Source: Azolla caroliniana
Taxonomy: Eukaryota; Plantae; Polypodiophyta
NCBI GenBank assembly: GCA_043228905.1
Contig: JBHGNT010000010.1
Location: 21,824,001-21,888,000 of the forward strand
DNA length: 64,000 bases
Reading direction: 5' to 3'
The notes under the pieces are model-generated. The model had not been told where the DNA came from. It made no database searches and saw only the letters and a program-made list of their open reading frames with translations. Numbering within the stretch: position 1 is the stretch's first letter; each line of letters starts with the position of its first letter. This document shows, piece by piece, positions 59,096 through 64,000 of the stretch. The position numbers were made by a program, and so were the translations under genes.

Positions 59096-60263
59096 TTGAT
59101 CAAATCCTCTGACTCCTTGCTTTCCTAAAATACAATTTAACAAATTACTCTTTGCTGCAACGCATTAAATATGTAAAGGAATTTAATAGAAGAACAAAAC
59201 GGGGGGGGCTCTATATTAGGATCATATTTAATGTTCTGTGTAATATATTATGATACCCTATATACGGGCATTTTTATGTATGCATAAAAGAATAGTAAAG
59301 ATAGTTCACCATAAAGTCTACAGAAGAAGAAGAATATGTATGTATTATGTAGAATGTGTGTGTGTATGTGATGCTTTTGTAATAACAGATCATTAATCTT
59401 ATCATGCTATAGAGTAGGGTGATATTTGTAATTTGTAAACAGTAAAAAAGAATAACAACAAAATTGCTTCTTGATAAAAATATTCAGGGAGTGCAGATGG
59501 GCATTTAATGCCCCTCTTTTAATTTCTTCCTCTGGTTTTTGACAGACTTCGAGATGTGCTTTTATTGCTTTTTGGATGGAGTCACATCCCTCATGGCAAT
59601 ATGTACCACTAACTACACCACACATTTTCGTGGGTCATATTTGCATCACAAGTTAAAATCCATCCTTATGGTTTATATCTGTGTACACTGTATATACATA
59701 TTTTTTCACTTCACCATAGAGATCAATCTCCTTATCGAGGACACGACATAAAGGTTTGCTTGCGTGTTCACAACATTCGAAGGTTCCATAGGAAGTGCGA
59801 TCTTGTGACACGTCATCACACACAACATAATGGGACAATAGAAGCATAATACACGTTTATGAACATGTATGAATCTATTTTTCTACTATCGTTACATTTT
59901 CATAAGTATGTTCGTTAGATATGTTCTCTCTCTCTCTCTCTCTCTTAGAGAACTTTAACCAAGGGGTAAGTCATATTTTTATTCAGGAAACCCATCTATT
60001 TCACTATTTCCCCAAATAACTGTTATGTATGTAAGCATCCAAAGCATGACCTTCTTGTCTCCGCCGTCCAAACTTTACCAATTAATGTACTCCCCTTTTC
60101 CTCATCTCTCTCTTATGAATGTCCTTGCTATGATAACTATTTTGTCAGGCATTTGTAATATTATATTCTTTTTGCTTTAAATAACCAAGGTATCTCTCCA
60201 ATTCATTCATTAAGTTTTAGTAGAAGAGGAGGGCAAGAGTCAAGGAAGACGATTTTAAGTTTA

Positions 60264-60900
60264 ATGAGTAGTACGAATATTGATGAACAACTTGAAGATC
60301 GTAGTCATTCTTTTATCCAACTAAACAAAAACCAACCTAAAAATATTCTTCTCATTCAAAAGTTGTTTAACAATTGGTTTAAATCCATCAATATGTTGCA
60401 CGCATATCCTTATGAACCATTTTTAAAGGCTAATATTGATGGTTTTAAGGGTAACGTAAGTGGGAAACTGGTTATCCTATCACCAAGACCTAGGACGCAT
60501 GGAAACATGTGGCAATTCAAGCATAGAAGTCAATTATATAAATCCCTTCAAACACATATGAATGAGAATGTCATTAAGGCAAAGCTATTATATTTTGGAC
60601 ATGTCAATTGGCCAACTTCAATGCAAGACATAAGGCCATCTCCATCTTAATTGCATGGGACATTGACGAGGTTTTTTGTTCATCTCTTGCTATTTGCTCA
60701 ACATGCTCAATGTGGTTAAGCACTCTTAATTGATTCTTCTCCTTAATCTTTCATAGAGAGAACATTCCTTAATGATAGCTCCCAAACCAAACTCTATTGA
60801 TAAACTTATGAAGACCTCAATCGTGATGCTCATTATGGCAATATAGATACAAGCATTTTCACCACGATAACATCAACCAATTTTTTTTATAGTATATCAT
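60264..60900 (+). mobile_element. Possible retroelement RNase H-like remnant
   Basis: YPYEPFLKANIDGFKGN resembles the plant L1 RNase H motif W.PP....KLN.DG..KGNPG; otherwise degenerate. Confidence 0.35.
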
Positions 60901-61546
60901 GCCAATCACAAGAACCAAGAAACCTCATTGATATTCAAGTGTACGGCACCACTACCCAAAGCTTGTCATTGGGATCTATTGTGTCAAATTAGTGATCTCT
61001 TACCATAATGATTTCCAATCAATGTTGTTAACATATGAGGTTGTTTGTCTAATGTGCACGAGATTTAATCTTTGAATATTCTTTTTTATGGCTGCCTCTT
61101 TCCAAATATAGCATTGCAACTCTTTATAAAAACCAAACTTCCCAAACATAGCATTCGCAATCTAAAACCAAATGCATTAACCATATGTATTTAGAAACAT
61201 CATGTATTTATAAGAGCTTTAGTATAAGAATTCATTTGGTACATGATTTGTTATTCTAAATTGGCACATAGAAATTGTGCCGAGATAATAACTTGATACA
61301 TGACTTCTCATCTGGCTGAGATTGATTAGCGATGCCCACTTTATGGATTCCGGTCATGGCCATTGAAGAAACGATTAATTAATGTAACTCAAAAGAAAGA
61401 TTTCTAGAATAATCACAAGAAATGATGCATTGAAAAATGATATTTCCTTTTGGCTAAAGCTTTCCAATTATTCAGTCTTCATTATAGACAATTTGACACA
61501 GTATAGAAAAATAGCAGGATGGTGAATGCACAAAGAAGCATCATAC

Positions 61547-62526
61547 TTATTTTTTTGCATGCTCCCAAGAATTATACTTGACCCAATCACCGGCAATAGG
61601 ACCAAGTAATGAGCTAGGAAACCCAAAAGAATCTACAAGAGCCAAACAATGTGGACGAATGCTCGCACATAGCTCTATTATCACCTTCTGAATAGCTTGA
61701 GATTGCTCTCTAGTTATGTAACCATACCTATATTAAGTGATCCCAAATATTTAAATTAGCTGAATTCAATATATAAAAAATGACTAATTGGTTTACATTC
61801 CAGTTAGACACTCACCTTAGGAAAACAGGGGTTTCATCAATAATAGTCAACACATAAAGTGACCTCAGCAAGCCCATTATATACTGCAAAAGGAATGGAA
61901 TTGCAAGCCTTTAACAAAGCAGCGAAAACATGTAACCCAGAATGATGAAGATAGTGGCATAGAGATCATATGAACACATAAAAAGGTCAAAAAATACCTT
62001 TGCTGAAGGAGCACATTTCCTTTCTTCTACATCAATAAAGGTCTCAAGTACACGCCTTTCCGAATAGGAAAGTCCCAAATCCTGTGCAAGAGGATATTCC
62101 TATACAAGAGCAAAATATGAAAAAAGCAACCAGATTGCACCTCAAGACATGAAATCATGATAAACATTGAAGGCTTTAATACATACCGTTAACAATGCAT
62201 GAGACAAAGGTGTCCCCTTAGAGGTGTTGTCAGATAGTGCAGCTGCTAGACGTTGTAACAGATCCCGTTCACGTAATTGAAACAAGGCAAGCTGAAATGT
62301 TATTAAAAGCAATATTGAATATTTACTCGTGGAACTTTTTTATGCTTTATGAAAATACAAGCGAGAGAAAGCGAGAGACTTGGAAATCTTTGCTCAGTAG
62401 AACAGATGTTGCCAACGAAGTTTGGAGAGTTGGATTGCTCCCATTCATATGTTCCATACCAAGTGTCTCCATCGGTTTCTTCTTCTTCTTTGCAACAAGG
62501 TACTCCCCAAGCAATGCCTTGCTCAC
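61547..62526 (-). CDS. ACX3: Acyl-CoA oxidase (ACX3-like), 3' exons; gene presumably continues beyond the window end
   Basis: Exons 62526-62380, 62291-62187, 62099-61998, 61883-61816, 61727-61547 give VSKALLGEY...LGMEHMN, FQLRERDLL, LAQDLG, GLLRSLY, FLRYGYI and IRPHCLALVDSFGFP...PIAGDWVKYNSWEHAKK*. This is collinear with the Arabidopsis ACX3 C-terminus as I recall it. Confidence 0.9.
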
Positions 62527-63827
62527 CTTCAAGGAGAGAAGAAAAACAATGATTTAACTTTCTAAAAAGGATCCTGATGTATTCAGTATGATGACATCAA
62601 TATGTTACCTATATCTATCTATGAGAGTCTTGAGCAAAAATAATCCCAGAAGTGATATGTTCCAGATATTTCATATCCATGAGATCACACTGGAATTTGA
62701 TGTTATGTAGATAAGGCAATAATGGTATTCATATCCAGATTTATATGTTTCAAATACTAATAAGAAATTAGTAGGAAGGATGAAAGAAATTAATGGATTC
62801 AGCATGCTTTCAAACCCAATCAGTCCCAAGTAGAGGGCAAGAAATGAATACAAAATCCCATGGACATCCCATATTACTGTATATGATTCGGCAGCATTTG
62901 AAATTTTCCCACAAGGAAAATGTGGTTTTCTATTATAATCACAAACTAATGATGAACCACCAGTTGAAGTGATGAAAGAAACGAATGGATTGAGGGAGCT
63001 TTCAAACCCAACCAGCCCCATGCAAAGGACAAGCAATGGATACAAACCCTGGAGTCCACCAAAACTACAGATCTAAAATACAAGAGCTTTGCCTCACCAA
63101 CAGAGGCTCGACAACATCTCTGAGTATGCTACCAGATCACCAGGTTTTCTAGATCCTCCCTTCTATATCATTGACCTTAATATGCTAGCAGATCGCCAGG
63201 TTTTCTAGGTCTTCGGGGGTTAATCGGATTCCCACTTATCCTACCCTTAAATCCATAAGAATTAGCTTTTAATTTTGGTCCCATATTAATATCCATATTG
63301 AATGTAGCAATGAACAAAGAAGCAAGAGAGGATAGACGATAAACAAGATATATTTAAGAGATGCAATTTAAAGGAATGGGATCTATTGCGGAGGGGCCCA
63401 GTGAAATTGATCGGTACCACTATCGCTGGATAAATCAGATTGTTCCATTAAATGATTTTTCCAAGACATGATGCTATGTTTTGGTGGCATTCACTGCATT
63501 TTCTCACTAACATTCTTGTATCGAATCTTCTCCTTCAGGACCTTGGGATCATTAAGTGTGGAACCCAAATTTCCAGATATCAACCACAAGATTTCCCTGT
63601 ATTACAAGTGGTATTCACTTGATTTTCAAGGTATCCACACCTTAATGTTATTCACTTAGAAACATGGGGTTCAAGTTCTATGGGCTTTCACTGGATTTTC
63701 TCGTTACGCACTTAAATCCAATATGGAGGACCACATTTCTATGGCAATTACTGGATTTTCTCGTTTTGCACATCTGCTTGGGCTTTAGGTTCATAAAAAA
63801 TGAAAAGGCAATTGTATTAACTCGACG

Positions 63828-64000
63828 AGAAAGAAAGAAATAGAGATATATTAACGTCTTTTAAGAGGACAAAATGGCCTACAAGACCAGACAAGGGATT
63901 ACATCGTAAGTGTTGTCTCATCTTTGAGAACAGAAAATCAAAATAAAATAAATATTACTCAGTAAATATAAAAGTAAATATGATAAAAAGAGACAAAAGA
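63828..64000 (-). mobile_element. 3' terminus of an RTE/RTEX-like LINE, within the ACX3 intron, running off the window
   Basis: (GAAA)n then gatatattaacgtcttttaagaggacaaaatggcc...tctcatctttgaga, matching 5856-5950 and 12805-12845. Confidence 0.6.

Noticed and set aside
61547-61558. C-terminal AKK of ACX as a peroxisomal PTS1
   Set aside because: It is not a canonical PTS1. ACX3-type enzymes use an N-terminal PTS2, which lies outside the window.

Overview
AT-rich, intron-rich land-plant nuclear DNA. The divergent proteins and the LINE types suggest a non-seed plant such as a fern, but this is inference only. Spliced genes reconstructed by hand with GT-AG junctions: the 3' part of a chloroplast GDT1/UPF0016 Mn/Ca transporter (CMT1/PAM71-HL-like, +), plastid triosephosphate isomerase (+, 5' end lost at a 100-N gap), CAND2/PMTR1-like 7TM protein (+), a SIAMESE-related CDK inhibitor (+), two tandem intronless DMP/DUF679 genes (-), a LIP1-like triacylglycerol lipase (-) and the 3' part of an ACX3-like acyl-CoA oxidase (-). 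There is also a decayed inositol-3-phosphate synthase pseudogene. The 11-23.4 kb interval is a nest of non-LTR retrotransposons whose ends repeatedly sit in microsatellites. It holds L1-type copies and a near-complete LINE with RTEX-like architecture, with readable target-site duplications. Smaller items include a hAT-type MITE, LTR remnants and many local tandem duplications. No tRNA, rRNA or CRISPR was recognised. No unambiguous new system is visible; the best leads are the microsatellite-chained LINEs, the RTEX-like element, and an LTR with a tRNA-Arg 3'-end motif in an unexpected orientation.
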